Shown: positions 16,609 to 34,074 of the stretch, piece by piece
Numbering within the stretch: position 1 is the stretch's first letter
Layout: each line of letters opens with the position of its first letter
Origin: the human T2T-CHM13v2.0 reference genome, Homo sapiens
DNA length: 64,000 bases
Assembly (NCBI RefSeq): GCF_009914755.1
Contig: NC_060943.1
Reading direction: 5' to 3' (one strand)
The notes under the pieces: model-generated
The model's database searches: none
Told to the model about the DNA's origin: nothing
The model's input: only the letters and a program-made list of their open reading frames with translations
Position numbers and translations under genes: made by a program

Positions 16609-17671
16609 CCAGAAACACAGACAACTATTGAAGATCAGAAAAATGAGAACAAAAAGAAATACTAAAGTAAACACACACAAAAAATTGTGGATATAAAAAG
16701 TACAAAAAATAACTGAAAAATTTATTACAAGAAAATACGTAAACATGAAAAAGCTGAAAAAACAAACTTAGATACACACAAATATATTTATAACACCCAA
16801 ATAAGCAAAATTTCAAAAATCACATATAAGAATAGAATTTTGGGTGCTGAAGATAAAAATGATGTTCCGTTTATAAGCATAGTCTCATGAGATAACCAGT
16901 GAATTTATTTAAAACATTTTTGCATGTCAAAAGGAAACTGATATTGTTAAATTTATAATAATAATAAAAAAGCTGTCAAATGGGAATAATACCATCAGCA
17001 AAATTGTACTATCAGATAAAAAGAAGTCCTTCCAAAATAACCAAATCCTGAGAAAGTATATTGGCACTGCATACACCCTACATATCAAAGATGCTGAAAG
17101 GAGTTTCTTCCACTGAAAATAACATAATGTAAGAAAACACCACATAATCATATGAAAATACATAACTTTCTGGAAAAGATATGCAAATTCACAAAAATGG
17201 TATTTCTTACTTAACATTATCATAATGATACAGAAAACATTTTTAATTATTCTCTAAATTTAAAAGATAAAAGTACAGAAATTATTAACATCTGTTAATG
17301 GATATACAACATAAGAAATATAATTAACAAAATCAATAACAAAGTTGAAGGCAGATGTTATGATGAATAATTTTGGTATGTAACTGAAGTTAATTTTTTA
17401 CCACATTAAAATACATTTTTGGATATTTTAGAGGTTTTATGGAGTCCCCTGGTACCACTAAGATTATATCTGTAGAGCTACACAAAAGTAAATAAGAGGG
17501 AACTGAAAGCCTATCAATACAAAAATAAAAAAAACACAAAAAAGGCAGAAAGAGAAAATGAGAGACAAAGACACAACAATCAAATAAAACAATTAATAAA
17601 AATAACAGTAAATTTTTCTATTTCAGAAAACTATTTAAATATATATGTTATCTTTCCAATCAAGAAACATA

Positions 17672-18050
17672 CTTTTTTTTTTTTTTTTTGAGATGGAGTC
17701 TCGCTCTGTTACCCAGGCTGGAGTACGGTGGTGTGATCGGCTCACTGCAACCTCTGCCTTCCAGTTTCAAGTGATTCTCTTGCCTCAGCCTCCTGAGAAG
17801 CTGAGATTACAGTTGCCTACCAGCACACCTGACTACTTTTTGTATTTGTTAGTAGAGACACGGTTTCACCGTGTTAAACAGGCTGGACTCAAACTGCTGA
17901 CCTTGTGATTCACCCACCTCAGCCTCCCAAAGTGCTGAGATTACAGGCATGAGCCACCACACCTGGTGGAGTTTACAGTGAGCCAAGATCACACCACTGC
18001 TTTCCATCCTGGGCAATAAAGCAAGACTCAGTCTCAAAAAAAAAAAAAAG
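17672..18050. mobile_element. Minus-strand Alu (17672-17965) abutting the 3' 85 bp of a plus-strand Alu
   Basis: Alu consensus in both orientations. Confidence 0.88.
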
Positions 18051-18499
18051 ACGGTACAGAAAAACTTTAAAATTCTTTTATAAAATATAAAAAACTATGT
18101 AAATTTGCATGAATCAATCAATAGATACACCATATGAAATAATTTTTATAACAATAACAAACTAGAAAATGTAGAGGCATAGTTTTTGTGTTCAATTGAA
18201 GTTGTTATGAGATTAAAACATATTGTTTTAACTTTAAGATGTATGTAATCTCTGGTTTTCAAAATGATTACAAAGGGAATATTTGTAGAAAGTATGGAAA
18301 AGAAGATAAAAAATAATCAAAGCATGCCAGTACAAAATTAAATGAAAATTAAGAAAGTAAAACAGCAAATGAGAAAAATATAACTACTAGAAACACATAA
18401 AACAATAACAATATAACTGGTAATAACAACTTCATTTCTTTAAGTAATCATTGTAAATATAAATTAATTAAACTGCTTAATAAAATGAAATGTAATTGG

Positions 18500-19050
<551 letters not shown>

Positions 19051-19501
19051 AAATATACCTAAAGAAAAATCCATAGAATGCCTCAGTGGTTTCTTAAAAA
19101 GCATACTGTATGCTGCCCACAAAAGACTCATCGTAGCATTGAGTCAAATAGGCTGAAAGTAACAGAAGGAAAAAAATGTGTATTTCATGAAAATTGTAAC
19201 CACAATTGAGTGAGGTGGTCATAATTATATTAGACATAACATGCTTTAAGTCAAGCACTACCATTAGGTGAAGACTGATATTATATTATAGTAAAGTGAG
19301 TTAATTTACCAGGAATCTATAACTATATTCATCTATCTATATGTATATGTGTATATAACATCAGGGCTCCAAAATATATAAAGCAAATATTGACAAAACT
19401 GAAGCAAGACATACACAGCAACGTAATAGTTGTAGACATCAAGACCCCATTTGCAATAATAGAAAATTCAGAGAAAAAAATGAAAAACAAAACTTAGACA
19501 A

Positions 19502-19915
19502 TATTAGACTATATTATTTTGCATACAGAGGAATACTTCAGAGATTATAATTTATAAAGAAAAAAATTATGTGGCTCACACTTTGGCAGACTGTAAAAGA
19601 AGTGTGTGCCAGCATCTGCTTCTGGTGAGGGTCTCAAAAAACTTACAATCATGGTAGAAGGTAAAGAGTAACTGGACATATTATATGGTATGAGACAGAG
19701 CAAGTGTGAGGTAAAGAAGCCAGGTTCTTTTAATGAACCAGCTCTCATCTGAATTAATAGAGTGTAAACTTTTTGGTTACCAAGAGGATGTACCAAGCCA
19801 TTCATGAGAAATTTTCCCCCATGACACAAAAATGTCCCAGCAGGTCCCACATCCAACATTGAGGATTTATCTTGCAGCATGAGTTCTGGAGAACATGGAC
19901 ATCCAAACCATATTA
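19502..19915. mobile_element. MaLR LTR (MSTB-like)
   Basis: CAGCATCTGCTTCTGGTGAGGG..CTTACAATCATGGTAGAAGG...CATCCAAACCATATTA. Confidence 0.75.
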
Positions 19916-20046
19916 TAGACCAACTAGGCTTCACAGACACACACAAAACTCTCCAGTCAAAACCAAGATAATACATAATATTCCCACTTGCATCTGGTGT
20001 ATTCTGTTATGACATATACCAAGTTTTATTAAATTTAAAAGTACTG

Positions 20047-20338
20047 ACTAGGTGCAGTGGCTCTCGCCTATAATCCTAACACTTTGGGAGACCAAGGTAA
20101 GAGGATCCACTGGGGCCAAAAGTTTGAGACTAGCCTGGGCAAAATAGTGAGATCCTAACATTACAAATAAGCAAACAATTAGCCAGACATGGTAGTGCAT
20201 GTCTGCAGTTCTAGCTACTCAGAAAACTGAGGTGAAAGGATAACTTGAGCCCAGGAGGCTGAGGCTACAGTGAGCCAAAATTATGCCTCTGCACTCCAGC
20301 CTCAATGTCCATAAGATCTTGTCTCAAAACAACAACAA
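20047..20338 (+). mobile_element. AluJ-like
   Basis: CTTGAGCCCAGGAGGCTGAGGCTACAGTGAG. Confidence 0.88.
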
Positions 20339-21335
20339 ATCAATTAAAAAACACTAAAATTACACACTCTTGTGTTTTCTAACAAAAACTGAATGAAACT
20401 AGGAATTAAAAGCACAAGCCAAACAGGCAAATTCAAAAATATGTGAATATAAGACACATTCTTCAACATATTCTTGCTCAGGGGTCAAAAAACTTTATTT
20501 TTCAAAGATGTTAATACAACCTACAGTTAAAAGCTACAGTAACATAAACAATGTGATACTGACACAAAGATAAACAGATGAAAGAACAGAATAGAGAGCT
20601 CCGGAATGAACCCTTCTGTATATGATCAAATGATCTTCCAAAAGGTTGCCATGAGTACAAAATAGAGAAAAATCATCTCTTCAAAAAATGGTGTTGAAAA
20701 CTGAATATCAACATCGATAAAATAAAGTTGGATTATTTTCTTGAATGATACAAAAATATATTTTAAATAAAATACTTAGACACAAAAAACTAACAAATCT
20801 TTCAGAAAAAATACAGGAAAAAGACATGACATTGTCTTGGCACCATTTTCTTAGATATGACATTAAATGCATGAGCAACAAATACAAGAATAGAAACCAT
20901 TAACTATAGTAGATGTCAAAATTTCTGTACATCAAAAGAAAATTCGAGAATGACAACATATTTAGAAAATGGGTGAATATATTTGCAAATTACATGTGAA
21001 AAAAGTTAATATTAAAAATATATCAACAACTCTAAAAACTAAACCATAAAGTTCAATAACTTGATTTATAAATGAACAAACAAAACTTTCATCAAAAAAC
21101 TACACAAATGGGAAGAAACATTTGACAGGATGCACAAAATTACTCATTTGCAGAGAAATGAAAAAAAAACACAATGACAGCGAAATCATCTCACACCCAT
21201 TAGAATGGCCACTATATATTTTTTAAAAAATGCCAACTCTGTTGATGATGCAATAAAAATGAAACCCATGTTGGTTGTTGGTGGAAAACAAAGATGTAGT
21301 CATTATTTTAAAATGTTATTAATGTTCCTCATTTA

Positions 21336-22082
<747 letters not shown>

Positions 22083-22494
22083 ATCTATGTTTATTGCATC
22101 AGTATTCACAAAAGCCCAAAGGCTGAAGCAACCCAAATTTCTCTTGATTTATAAACATATCAAAAAATATAACATATACATACAATGGAATATCGTTCCA
22201 CCTTAAAAAGAACAATCTTGTCACATTTTAAGATGAACATTGAGAATATTATGTCACTTGAATTAATCCAGTAAGAACATTATGGGTACTGTATGATTCC
22301 ACTCATATGAGATACCTTAAGTAGTCAAAATCATAAAAACAAAGTGGAAGGTTTGTCTGTCAAGGACGGGAGAGAGGGTAAAATGAGCAGATGTTACTTA
22401 ATGGGTATTGAGTTTAAATTTTACAAGATGTAAGGTTTCTAGAAGTTTTTTGCATAACAATGTCAATATACTTAACATCCCTGAAATGAACAGC

Positions 22495-22751
22495 TTTTCT
22501 TTTGAGACAAGGTCTCACTCTGTCACTGAAGCTAAAGTGTAGTGGCACACCTTTGACTCCTCCTCAACGTCCCAAGTAGCAGGTACCACAGCTGCACACC
22601 ACCATGCCTAGCTATTACTAAATTTATTTTATATAGAGGGGTCTCCATATGTTGCCCAGACTGATCTCAAACTTTTGGGCTCCAGGGATCCTCCTGTGTT
22701 GGCCTTCCAAAATCCTGGGAATACAGATGGGAGCCACAACCATGCATGGCC
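22495..22751 (-). mobile_element. AluJ-like
   Basis: Diverged Alu. Confidence 0.85.
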
Positions 22752-23369
22752 CTGAAATATAGACTTGAATAGATTTAAGATGGTAAATTTTATGTTACGT
22801 GTTCTTAAAACAATTTTTTTAAAGAAAAACTGAAAAATGTCCAGAATTATAAATCATTTTGAAAATTACCTTCAAATCACAAAAATGTTTCTCTCACAAA
22901 AGAAAATATATGTTCATCATTAAACACATGGTGAAAATAAGACTGTGTCTATGGCTACTCACTTAAACAAGAAAATTTTATGGTCAGTTCTGCCTATATA
23001 GAAACTCACACAGTTTTCTGAGGAAACGCTCTCTGGTACTCACTAAAAGCCACACTCATCCACATCCTGATATAAGGCCGAGCGTATGCAGACCTGACTG
23101 CAAAAACATGCTGTAGTGCCTGCCCTACTGAGCAAAGTCCTGAAGGATATGCAGTCTGTCCAAAAATAAAATGGGAATTACAACTACCCAAGTCCCTGTA
23201 TCAAGCCAACTAAAGGGGAACCCTAGTGCAGACCCAGCAGCCTTGTGACCAAGCTACAACCCCTCTTCACTACAAATTCAGAGGGTGTCTCATCACCCTA
23301 AGGGCCCAACAAAAGATCATTACCTTCTAAAATAAGTTTATGAAAACATGAAGTGTTTGCTCCATCAAA

Positions 23370-24060
23370 TTCAGACACCAATACAAAACTATATTGTGCC
23401 CATTGTCAATATTTCTATTTTAATGTAGCACTGGAAGCATGTGGCAGAATTAGTCAAAGAAATAAAAAAATCCATTAAAATTAAAGAAAAATAAGTAAAA
23501 ATTGGTGTTTGTAAATCATACAATCTTATATTTAAAAAACCATAAACAGCACATTAAAACCTGTCTAAACTGATAAATACACTCAGTAAATTAGCAAAAT
23601 ATAAGATTAACATACAAGTATATGTATGGTCTCATACATTTAAAACAAACTGATAAAATAGAGAAAGACAAAAACCTTATTTACTATAGCATTAAATAAT
23701 ATACTTCTTAGAAAAAAAATAAACAAGGAGGTAAAAAATCTTTACAATAAAAAAAAAAGAAAAAATTAGAGAAGATCCAAATAAATTTAAAAATTGGCAT
23801 ATTATCCAAAGTGATCTATAGATTCAATAAACTTTCTATCAAAATTGCAGTGGTATTTTTTTCATAGTAGTGGAAAATACGATTCTAAAAGTTACATGAA
23901 ACTAAGATAACTTTGATAGCCAAAGCAATCTTGAGGAAAAAGAACAAAGCAGAAAGATACCATACTTATAATTTCAAACTGTATTTCAAGACTACATAGT
24001 AATAAAAACAGAATGTATTGTGCAGAAAAATGAACAAAAAATGCAATACAAACTATTACT
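23370..24060 (+). mobile_element. Old L1M ORF2 fragment
   Basis: CCAAAGTGATCTATAGATTCAAT; GCCAAAGCAATCTTGAGG. Confidence 0.65.
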
Positions 24061-24449
24061 CTTATACATTTCAGATCTGATGCAAAAAGAGAACTTAAAA
24101 AATAGTTTTAGTTTCTCAAAATCATGCAGATATTTTTGTGTCCCCAAAACAATGGAAAAGCAGCCAGATTGAGCAGACTCATATGTCATAAAGAGGACTT
24201 TGGTTCTCACTGTGAACTTGAAAGAAGCTCAACAAAAGAATTCTTAGAGAATTTAAAAGCATGATACAGAAGATGTCCCTTGGTGAGAACAAAATTAAAA
24301 ACCAACCAGCCAACCAAACAAACAAACAAAAAACAGCTGCCCAGGAACTATTTCCTTTAGAACACAGCTTCCCAGGTCACATTTTAAGGACTGGCCTTCT
24401 CTTGGATGTTGCGACCTCTCATTTGTGTCATCTGTTGTATTCATTTTCA

Positions 24450-24590
<141 letters not shown>

Positions 24591-24721
24591 TTATATTGTT
24601 TAATTACAAGCTAGTAGTGTGCTCAGCAGAGAAGATGAAATAAAATATTCTAGTAAATTAATGCCAAAATACTAATTTATAACAAATTTCTAAATATTAA
24701 GAAATAATTTCAACTTGTAGG

Positions 24722-24995
24722 TTTCTTTTGTTTTGCTCTTGTTGCCCAAGCTAGAGTACAATCACTCAATCTCGGCTCACCGAAACTTCAGCCTCCCAGG
24801 TTCAAGCAATTCTGCTGCCTCAGCCTCTGGAGTAGCTGGGATTACAGGCCTGAGCCACCATGCCTGGTTAATTTTGTATTTTCAGTAGAGATGGAGTTTC
24901 TTCACGTTGGTCAGGCTGGTCTGGAACTCCGGACCTCTGGTGATCTGCCTGCCTCAGCCTCCCAAAGTGCTGGCACCTGGCCACCACACTGGGCC
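24722..24995 (-). mobile_element. Alu in intron 2
   Basis: Alu consensus; paralogous site to 6400-6697 not shared. Confidence 0.88.
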
Positions 24996-25320
24996 CTGCT
25001 TATAGGTTTTTTAAATTTTACTACTTGGTACTACTGAATCAAAAATGGCTTGTGTCAATGAGATTTTCAGGTGGGGGCAACAATATTTTATGCCACTAAA
25101 TTTCTGGAATTACCACTAATTTAGAGTGAAGAATAGAGCTCAAGTCAGGAATGCAGAAGTTTGGATTAAGGTGAAACATCTTGCAGAAATTCTTTTCTAC
25201 ATGAACAAATTCTGAAGATTTTCTGGAAAAAGGCCATCTGAAACTCTTATGCAAAGAATAAATTATTTAAAAACATTCCACTAAAAAAGAAATAAAACTT
25301 TTAGGGTTTTTTGTGAATTA

Positions 25321-25533
<213 letters not shown>

Positions 25534-25776
25534 TTAAGATGAAATGAGCGAGTAAAGAGAACTGATTCTGACTTATAGGACTAAAATTATCCAGTAAAAC
25601 AATTTTCAACACAGAAATATTCCCTATTATATTCTCTGACTCTGAGAAGAGCAGCATAAGATCTACAACATTATTTCATGTATGATATTTTTCTAAATAA
25701 TAAAGTATAAAATTAACAGCATGAACATGAACATGTACATTTTTGAGTGCTATATTTACATCACATGGAATTATGA

Positions 25777-26126
<350 letters not shown>

Positions 26127-26432
26127 TCAAATTTTAATATGTACAATAAGCTGAAGACCTTATGCAGGTTTTTTTTTTTTTCCAGAAGATCTGGCATAAA
26201 GTCTGATTTTTTGAATTTCTAACAAGCTCACCAATAATGTCAATGTTTTTGTCCCAAAAAGGATATTTTGTCAAACATGCAGTAAGTGGAAGAGCATGTG
26301 TTTTTCCCAGTTTTCCTGGCCTGTAAACAAAGAGCCTTCATTTTCCAAAGAAAAGTATGTAGAAAAAAAAAAAGCTGCCAGATTTAATGTGATGGTTTAT
26401 CCACATCAGCTGCATAAAGATAATTAATAATG

Positions 26433-26729
26433 GGGCCGGGCACAGTAGCTCATCCCTGTAATCCCAGCACTTTGGGAAGCCGAGGCAGGCAGATCATGAG
26501 GTGAGGAGATCAAGACAATGCTGGCCAACACGGTGAAATCTTGTCTCTACTAAAAATACAAAAAATTAGCCGGGCATGGTGGGGGGCGCCTGTAATCCCA
26601 GCTACTCGGGAGGCTGAGGCAGGAGAATGGTGTGAACCCAGGAGGCGGAGCTTGCGTTAGCTGAGATTGCACCACTGCACTCCAGCCTGGGTGACAGAGC
26701 GAGACTCTGTCTCAAAAATAAAAAAAAAA
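26433..26729 (+). mobile_element. AluY-like
   Basis: TSD AAAGATAATTAATAATG. Confidence 0.93.
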
Positions 26730-29272
26730 GATAATTAATAATGAAGAGAAAAATAATTAACTCTACAGTGAAAACAATCTGTCAGAGAGCTATTTCACCA
26801 AGTGAATTATAAACCATTAACTGCACAAGGACAAATTTTCATGATGCGCTAATGCACACAGAAGAACACAACATCACTGTTGAAATATTCCTCCCAAGGA
26901 AGTAAATAAAATCTGAATTTAATAATAAAGAAACATGTTTATGCTAATTTCAAAGTACAGAAAACTCCTATGTTCTGTAATGTTCAGTAGTAATTTTAAG
27001 GAGACTTCATTTAGCACCCAAGAGATCAGGTATCTCCTAATAATTTTTTTCAGAACTTTCTGAGTAATAAATGCCATTCCATATAAATAAGTATTGTCTT
27101 AATCCTGTTCTGCATAAATTAATGAAACACACAGATGGAGCCTCAACATTACACGTTCTCCATCTTTACTAAGGACAAAAGTTTTCCCCAATAGAAATCT
27201 TGAGTAGCCGCATCTTTCCATGTTCAACAGCCACAAAGGGAACATTTTTAATATTGCAGATCATAACTTATTGCTGAGAATCCTGCATGGCATATAAGAA
27301 GCTATGACACAGAGAATGCAGAGAAAGCTCTGGGATATAGAAGAAAAATTATTTTTTCAGAGACCCTTGACTATCGTAAGAATTTTAAGTAGTTAAACCA
27401 AACCCAGGGAGAAAAAACACAAGTAGAGAAGTAAAGGTTTGTGAGTGCTACATGCATGGCAGTCCAGGAGGCAGAGTGAACACAGCTCTTCATCTGAGAC
27501 ATGTTTACCTGAAGAGAAGCCTTTTTTTTTTTTTTCACCTCCTCCTCTGGAATTCCTTGTCAGATGAGATTCTCTGGCCAAATTACCCCTGCATCTTGAG
27601 ACTATGCCTTTAAATGTGTCAGCACCACATGTTTACCTGCTAGCATGACATCAACTGGCAGAAAAAGACAGAAAAAGTCCACCCATTTCTGTTTTTTACA
27701 ACAAAAAGATTCAAGAACAATGAGATGCTCCATGAAGATAAAAATATAAGTTTCTCCTTTCATGTCCTCTGGTGCCCTTTCTGCCACAGACACCAGCAAT
27801 TTCTGCTACAGTAATGGAAATATGTGCCACACTGACCTGCCCCTACCAAAACCAAACAGAACAGGTCCTGTGCGCACCACTTAGTGCAAAGGTGGAACTT
27901 CTTAACTCTCATGAAAGTATTTTGAGACCCTCATACCTGATTCTGGCCTCCCCTTAGAGTCACGTGAAGCCCTTCATTAAAACAACATGGATACTTCCAC
28001 CCAGAACAATAAACAGAACCGGTGGGGAAGGCACAAGAGATTTCTGCAAATTGGCCATGTGATCCTAATGAGAAGCCTGGGCTGATAACCACTAAGCTAA
28101 GCATTGCCTCTCAAGCTTTAAGAAGCTTATAAATCACTTGGTAATTTTGACTCCACTTTATGTGATTCTGTAGGTTTGAAAAGGGTCCATAAATGGGTGT
28201 TTTAAACAAGTCCCCTGTCAATGCTGATGTTGCTTCTCCTTGGCTCATTATTAGCATTAGAGAAAGCAGGAATAGCAGAGGGTCCCTTACACTTAGAACT
28301 CTTGTCACAACCAAATACTTCTGGTACAAATAAGGACAACACATCTATGCTAAAGTTTTATATTCTTTGCTGGGTCTTTAAAGTTTACAGAGGAAACAGA
28401 AGGCAGCAATGTCTGGATAAGTCTGCATTTAAAAAACATGTACACATGTACAAATGCAATGTTTATTAAGCAGGTACTTTGTGCTCAAGAGTATGATACA
28501 GAGCACTATGCTGGGCATAACATATTATGTGATTTAATTCTTGTAACATTCTTGGAGCTAGTACTCAGGGTTTAATAATTTCCAGGATTTAGATAAAGGG
28601 CAGAGAATTTTTACTGCCTCTTCTGTTTCTCTGTTACCAAATTTTTTTAAACATTGTAAAGAATAAAAGCTAAATATATACAGATGAAAGAGATATAGAA
28701 GAGTTTATTGTAGTTTAGAGAAAATTTTGTTCTGTTTATGTTTACTTTTCTGTGACTTGTGGAGCAACTACTGGATCTGCAGGAATAGAAAACAAGTTGC
28801 TAAATAGAATGTCTCTGCCAACACTGGTTTTAACAGAAAATTTAAAAACTAAGACTCTACAATACATACTTTATTTTTCCCATTTATCTGCTTTTGGGTT
28901 TCAGGAAATTGGATTCACCAGCCAAAACTCTGATATCTTCTAATCAGTTCTGTGAGGCAAGACTCCAGAGTAGGGTCAGACCTAAATAAGGCCTCCAAAA
29001 AGGGTGAATCTGAACATGTCTGGGACAAGGTGAGGATCCTATAGAATTCTGTTCTCTATGCCACTGTGGTACTAACAGTTTTCTTTTTTTCTAATCTTAC
29101 CTAAAAGAAAAACCCCAGAGTTTCTGTAATTTTAATATTTTCTAGCACTGCTCTGTCAACTTTATACTGTATACTAATATGCAATTTAAACAATTCTCTT
29201 AAGGTTTTCTAGGGTAATTTTATAAGAAAATCAGTGTGTACACTTACGAAGGTAAAAGAACAGAAATTATAC

Positions 29273-29563
29273 GGCTGGGCACAGTGGCTTACACCTATAA
29301 TACCAACACTTTGGGAGGCTGAGGTAGATGGATCATGAAGTCAGGAGTTCATGACCAGCCTGACTAAGATGGTGAAACCTCTTCTCTACTAAAAATACAA
29401 AAATTAGTTGGCTGTGGTGGGAGGCACTGTAATCATAGCTATTTGAGAGGCTGAGGCAGGAGAATCGCTTAGACCCAGGTGACAGAGGTTGCAGTGAGCC
29501 AAGATCATGACACAGCATTCCAGGCTGGGTGACAGACTAAGACTCCATCTCAAAAAAAGAAAA
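29273..29563 (+). mobile_element. Alu (shared by all three paralogs)
   Basis: Same flanks as 1212 and 62246. Confidence 0.92.
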
Positions 29564-32500
29564 ATTAATTATAACAATTCTACTGTTCATTAATATCCCT
29601 TCAGGTGGTAGGTACCATGACTGCTTCATGTATTTTTTTTTAATGACCATAAGAAATGGAAGCAACTAGTTTATCTACTTGGGTCTCCAGATCTCCTTGT
29701 TTATCATCCAAGTACCAGGAAACTGGAGAAACTCTCATCCCTGTACAAACCAAAGACAACTCTTGTATGATGGGTTGAACAAACACAGAATGACTCATTT
29801 TTCTTTACACTGAGACAGAAGCAGAATTAACCACTCTTGTCAGCCTGACACAATTCTACTCTGGACATCCTCAAATGCCTCAAAGAAACCTAGGTGATTG
29901 TGAGGGAATTCCCAGTGACCCAGGGCTGATGGCCCAATGATAAGCCAGGCTGGAGCGACTCAGGCTGATTCTAAATAGAAAATAAAACTGCGTTGGTGGA
30001 GCCCCAGAACCTGGGTCACCTGTCCTGATATGCTAGCACTTGGGTAAAAGACAGAACAAAAATACTCTACTCCAGTATCCCATTTTACAGGTAAACATAG
30101 TTGTGGTCATGGCTCTGGATACTTTGTGGCCTGATCTCTCACTCCTAAGATGATTATTTACACTTACAGATTCTGCCATCAGATTCTATTTCCTCCTGGA
30201 GCCTCTCACATCACTGTAGCAGGTCAATGAAAAAGATGTAAAAAAACTCAAAATGCCACACTCTGAAATGGGGGCTGTAAGATGTCTATCTTGACAACTT
30301 ACAATGCAGAAAATAACTTTTGTTAATTTTCTGTACATTCCATATCCAAAGTCTGGCACTTTTTAAATCCCAGGCAGAGGCCGGACCTAATCTGTAGATT
30401 CTAGATAGGATCAACCTGGCTCTGCATCCTTTGGTGTTACAGCAATTGGAGTACAATCAAAGGAGAGTACCCTCATAGAGGCTGCTCTAGCACATTCTAA
30501 GTGATAAGTCTAAATAAAAAAAGCTGACATATCAAGAATATAAGTAGACAGTTTATTTGGTTTAAGCTTAAGGATTATAACCAGGGAGCAAAGATTCAAG
30601 TTGCCTGAAATCTACACTTTGATTAGCAGCAGTTACAAGATTTGTAAAGACAAGAGAGGGACATAGAGTGGTCTGATACAAAGTTGTTTGTCAGAAGTTT
30701 TTATTTATTTAGATAAATAATATTGATTATTGATTAGATATATATCATTATTGTTTAGGGTATAGAATATAGTATCCAATGTGGCATTGTTAATTTACTT
30801 TATAGCTACTTGTGGCAATAGTGAACAGTTTCAAGGGATGAATACATAGTTCAAAGGGGAGAGAAAGATGTTAACTGCTCTTTCATTTTAACATCTCTCT
30901 GAGTTTGATAACCAAAAGTGCTTGCACTTTTTAGATAAAAGTTTTTTATTTCCCAAATCTCAAGATCTGGATTCAAAATATGGAGCTACAGATTTAGGTC
31001 CTGAATGGCAGGAGTAGCAGCAGGTGTTACTTGCACATTAGTGAGCATTTCAGCAAGAGTAGAAAGGGGATAGTGGAGACTTTCTTGTCTACATGTCTAC
31101 TCAATTCACATGTTACTCCAGTTCAGTTTGTTGGCCCCACGGTCTCTGAATCTGTTTAAGGTCTGAAAATACAAGAGTCATTGAAAGAGAAAAAATTATT
31201 GATTGCTTCCCTGTGAAATTTGTAGAAATCTGATCTAGTCTCTCTAGCAGTGACTGTAAAGGACTCTAGATACCAAATAGGCAGGGACACAATTCTGCCT
31301 TCATATTTAGGGGACAGCATGCACTTTGCTGCACAAGTGTGAGTTGACTGGAAGCCTGAGAGGAATAGTCCCCTCTAGAGTAAGTTCCGGTTGGCACCTT
31401 ATTTGTGTTTATATCATGTCTGGTAATTCTAGACAGTGTTTGGAAACAATAATTAAAAGACAGATTTTATCCAGCTCCAGAGAAACTCCACAATAATAGA
31501 ACAGAAAGAAAATGGTTTTATTACACAATTGAACTTGAATGTGACATGCATCATGGTCAGTCTGCTTAAGAGACTGCAAAGATAAAAAGACGGTCACCAA
31601 TATTAGTCCCCAAGCAGAAGAATTTCCAGCACCATGTCATACATAGTTCATCCTAAATTCACCTGGAGATTGAAGAGGCCATCTGTGTATACTAATTGCT
31701 TATATTCAATGACAAATAAACTTTTCACATCTTCATAACAGGAGGTAGTTTAGCAGCTTGAAGCCAGGTGCCTGCTGAAGGTAGCCTCTTACTCTGCTAC
31801 AAAAATGGTTGAATAGGGTTCTTTTTTGCTATTTACATTTTAGAGCTGTGGTTCTGTACTCCCTGCCACTGGGCTACAGCACTCCTGCTTGCTTTCTCCT
31901 GGTTGCTAGTATGCTCTCTTGACCTCTACCATCTGCCACTGAGGCACAGCCCAGAGCACAGCTCACATTTTATGTGAATCCCATTTGCCACAGCAGCACT
32001 TTAGTGTCACATCAGATAGTGAAGCCTGAGCTGCAGGAGGAGAGCCTGCAGGCCTCCTGGGTAGAATTACACATTCACAATAATGGAAATGAGAGCAGTG
32101 TTTCAACCTCAGTTTCTACTTATAATGGTGACAAGGAAAAAATACTGCTGAATTTTCAGCATGACTCAAGATAGAGATAGCTCCAAAAGTTCTCACTATG
32201 ACAGCCCACCTCATTCAGAAAAAAATGGGATATTAATAGGGTTTCTGAAACAGACACCTAAAGCTTTGGAGAGACAAACAGATCTCCGTCTGAGCAAGAT
32301 TGAGAGAAAAAAGTTAAAACTATCTTAAGAAAAAGCTCAGATTAGATGTAAGATTGATGATGTCAGCCAGAAAATATTCCCCTGAAAGCAATTTCTCTCT
32401 AAACACCCAAAGTGCACAGCTACTCTCTGCATGAGAAACATTAGCATTATGAAGAAAGGGGCAAAGTCTCAGAAGAATTTTATAGTTTCTTTTCTATCTC

Positions 32501-33036
32501 TGCTGTTCCGTCATCTCCTAGTCATTGAATAGGGGTTCTGTATTGAAATACATCTGACAACTTCCCACAACACCTTCTGATGAAGAAATAGAATCTGACT
32601 GTGTTCATTTATTGGAATATATTAGAACTTGCAACATAGCTAACTGAAGAGCTACTATGGTTTTTGGTGGCCACATCACCTGTCTTTATTTGTCATGTAA
32701 TAGCAGCATACCAATTTAGTGAAATAAAAGATATTAAAATTTTGTTTACTCATAATTATCCCTATTGAATAAAGTAATAAACATGTCACACTAATATCTA
32801 CTTACTGTGACAATTTGGTAATAAATTTTCTTTAGATATTAGATATAAATATCAGTATGAATAATTTTAATAAACTAGTAATAATATATGTAGTTTTAAA
32901 AATTGCAACTATACTTCAGTTAAAACACTTTATATTTCAAAAGTATAAATTACAATATTAAAATAACCATGTAAGTGATTCATTCAAAGTAAGTATTGCG
33001 GCTTTATATTCATGTTACTGTAGAAAATACTGTTTA

Positions 33037-33352
<316 letters not shown>

Positions 33353-33748
33353 CTACAAACATTACGTATAACTATGCTAATTATTCTGAAGTAATAAATA
33401 GAAAGCAAGGTACAACTACTGACTCCACTGTTAAGTTTATACACTAGACTGTTCTTGTTTTTGCAGTGCAAGTACTTCAGCCTGCAAATATTGGATAATT
33501 TCCTTAGATCATCAGGTTTCTGTCAAAGAAACGTAGTATCTTTTATTGTTTACCATTCTGTGTTACTAAATTTAATCCTATCTTTGTGCTAAGCTTTTTT
33601 GTGCTCTAAAATTAGCTTTTACCTAAACAAATCTGTGTCTATTTTAAAGGACTAAAAATGAAAAAAATAAAGTTTTCAGAACCAAAAACAAACCAATAAA
33701 TCTGAAGTACTAGATAACGATAATCTGGAGTCAGAAAAATGACAAAAG

Positions 33749-34074
<326 letters not shown>

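Noticed and set aside
19545-19976. 143-aa ORF
   Set aside because: Chance frame across a MaLR LTR and L1.
30500-31900. LTR-like old repeats in intron 1 (paralogous to 59400-60800)
   Set aside because: Probably ERV1 MER-type LTRs, but family and boundaries are not supportable by eye.
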